A DNA stretch of 63,655 nucleotides, counting the filler, from Bonamia ostreae (taxonomy: Eukaryota), in assembly GCA_040357525.1 (NCBI GenBank). It is 4 parts of 4 records of this genome, joined end to end, with 100 filler letters (N's around TTAATTAATTAA, not from the genome) between each part and the next. Parts side by side here need not be neighbours in the genome. Positions count along the whole stretch, not along the records: positions 51,112 to 63,655 come from JBDODL010000014.1; 3 more parts are not named here. The stretch is one strand, 5' to 3'. Shown here piece by piece: positions 62,545 to 63,655 of this stretch (its first letter is position 1; every line of letters starts with the position of its first letter). The notes below the pieces were generated by a model. The model made no database searches and was not told the origin of the DNA. It saw only the letters and a program-made list of their open reading frames with translations. The position numbers and the translations under genes were made by a program.

Positions 62545-63549
62545 ATGTGCAAACTTTGCTTCCTTTTGGCTTTCGTCGTTTTGGGCCGCTGCAAAGGCCC
62601 CGCTCCTCCCAAAAAAATAGCCCCGCAGCATTACCACAGGTGGCTCCCCTGCTACAGCTCGGAAATAGGCTATCTGCACCTGAACGCAAAAGTGTTCGTG
62701 AGCCACTGCAAACGGCTCACCGACCCGGACATCTACGCGAAAATCTCCTTCGCCTTGGAGAAGGCCCGCGTCGTGTACGAATTCTCGTTCGGGATAAAAC
62801 TGCACTTCGAAGTGATCCAGCTCTGCGAACACGTTTTGACTTGAACAGAAGGACTTCCCCGAAATCAACCACCGGAATTGCTCTGCTGCGTGTGAAGACG
62901 AGCGATTAGTGTACAAGCTCAGGAATCTGAAGAAACGAGAATTCAACTCCAAAGATCACATCACCGTTCTCTTCACGGCCTGTTACAACAAAAATGTACT
63001 GGGCCGCGCGTTCATCGGGCACTTTTGCACGGACGGCGCCGTGGCCGTGATCAGGACCAGCAACTTCACCGTCCAGACCGTTATCCACGAGGTTTTAGAC
63101 ATCATTTAGAGATCGGGCACGTTCTGGGCTCCGAACACAAAGACATCAGGTCTGAGCAGAACATAATGGGGGCCACGAGCACAGTAGAGCACGACAACTT
63201 TATGTTTTTCGGGTACGAAGCAAAGGTTACGATCTGCACGAAGATACGCGAGTTCCTCTTTCAAAACAGGGATCAAAAGTGCCTCGTTTTCGAGGAAGGA
63301 CCGGTGAAACCGTTTGAACAGAAAGTTTACGATGTGCATCAGCGCTGTAAAGGAAACGAAGCGGTTTCTAAAGAGAAGAGCTACTTGGTTATATTGTTGT
63401 CTGTGGCTTGCGTTTTGATCGTCGTCTTGACGATATTACTTATTTTGTTTTATTTGCGGAGAAGAAGAAACCGACGGAAAAAGAACCAAATTAACCAAAT
63501 TCTTTTCATGATGAGAAACAAAAATTTTGAGCAAATATCGATTGTGTAA
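62545..63549 (+). CDS. Membrane-anchored reprolysin-like (M12B/metzincin) zinc protease
   Basis: Signal peptide, LGRAFIG..C, spliced HEIGHVLGSEH, Met-turn NIMG, C-terminal TM with an Arg-rich tail. Confidence 0.85.
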
Positions 63550-63655
63550 ATTTCTAGTAAACATTTCGTGTTAAATTTATTTTTTAATCTTTTTTTTTTA
63601 TGTTTATTAGCAATTAAACCCAGAAAAAATTAGCTCAGACAATCATAAATTCCTC

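Overview
Gene-dense, AT-rich eukaryotic DNA from a compact-genome protist. The 17-25 nt spliceosomal introns, near-absent intergenic spacers, mitochondrial genes and many Cys-rich surface proteins suggest an endoparasite such as an ascetosporean, but that is inference. The window is four unrelated contigs of about 12-17 kb joined by artificial N-TTAATTAATTAA-N linkers, plus four 100-N gaps. It holds about 30 genes, mostly intron-split, so the ORF track fragments them. Housekeeping genes include gamma-tubulin, carnosine N-methyltransferase, an AGC kinase, WDR70, GCN5, histones H1 and H4, a DEAD-box helicase, HisRS, TFIIF-alpha-like, PRC1/MAP65, G-beta, MFS, YEATS, TRAP-beta, PLPBP, SDR, BT1, SDHC and FCF1. 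Accessory genes include a vWA-sushi adhesin, a kringle-PAN protein, sushi-like repeat proteins, three claudin-like proteins, an M12B protease and pseudokinase repeats. Decayed LINE and Merlin elements are also present. The most notable signal is that the few long introns carry GC-rich structured inserts: a two-copy tRNA-headed element, a TSD-flanked tRNA-like insert and a long H/ACA-like RNA candidate. Also notable are divergent genes with start codons 17-25 bp apart and a histone stem-loop inside the H1 reading frame. Exon boundaries and RNA folds were read by eye and not computed.
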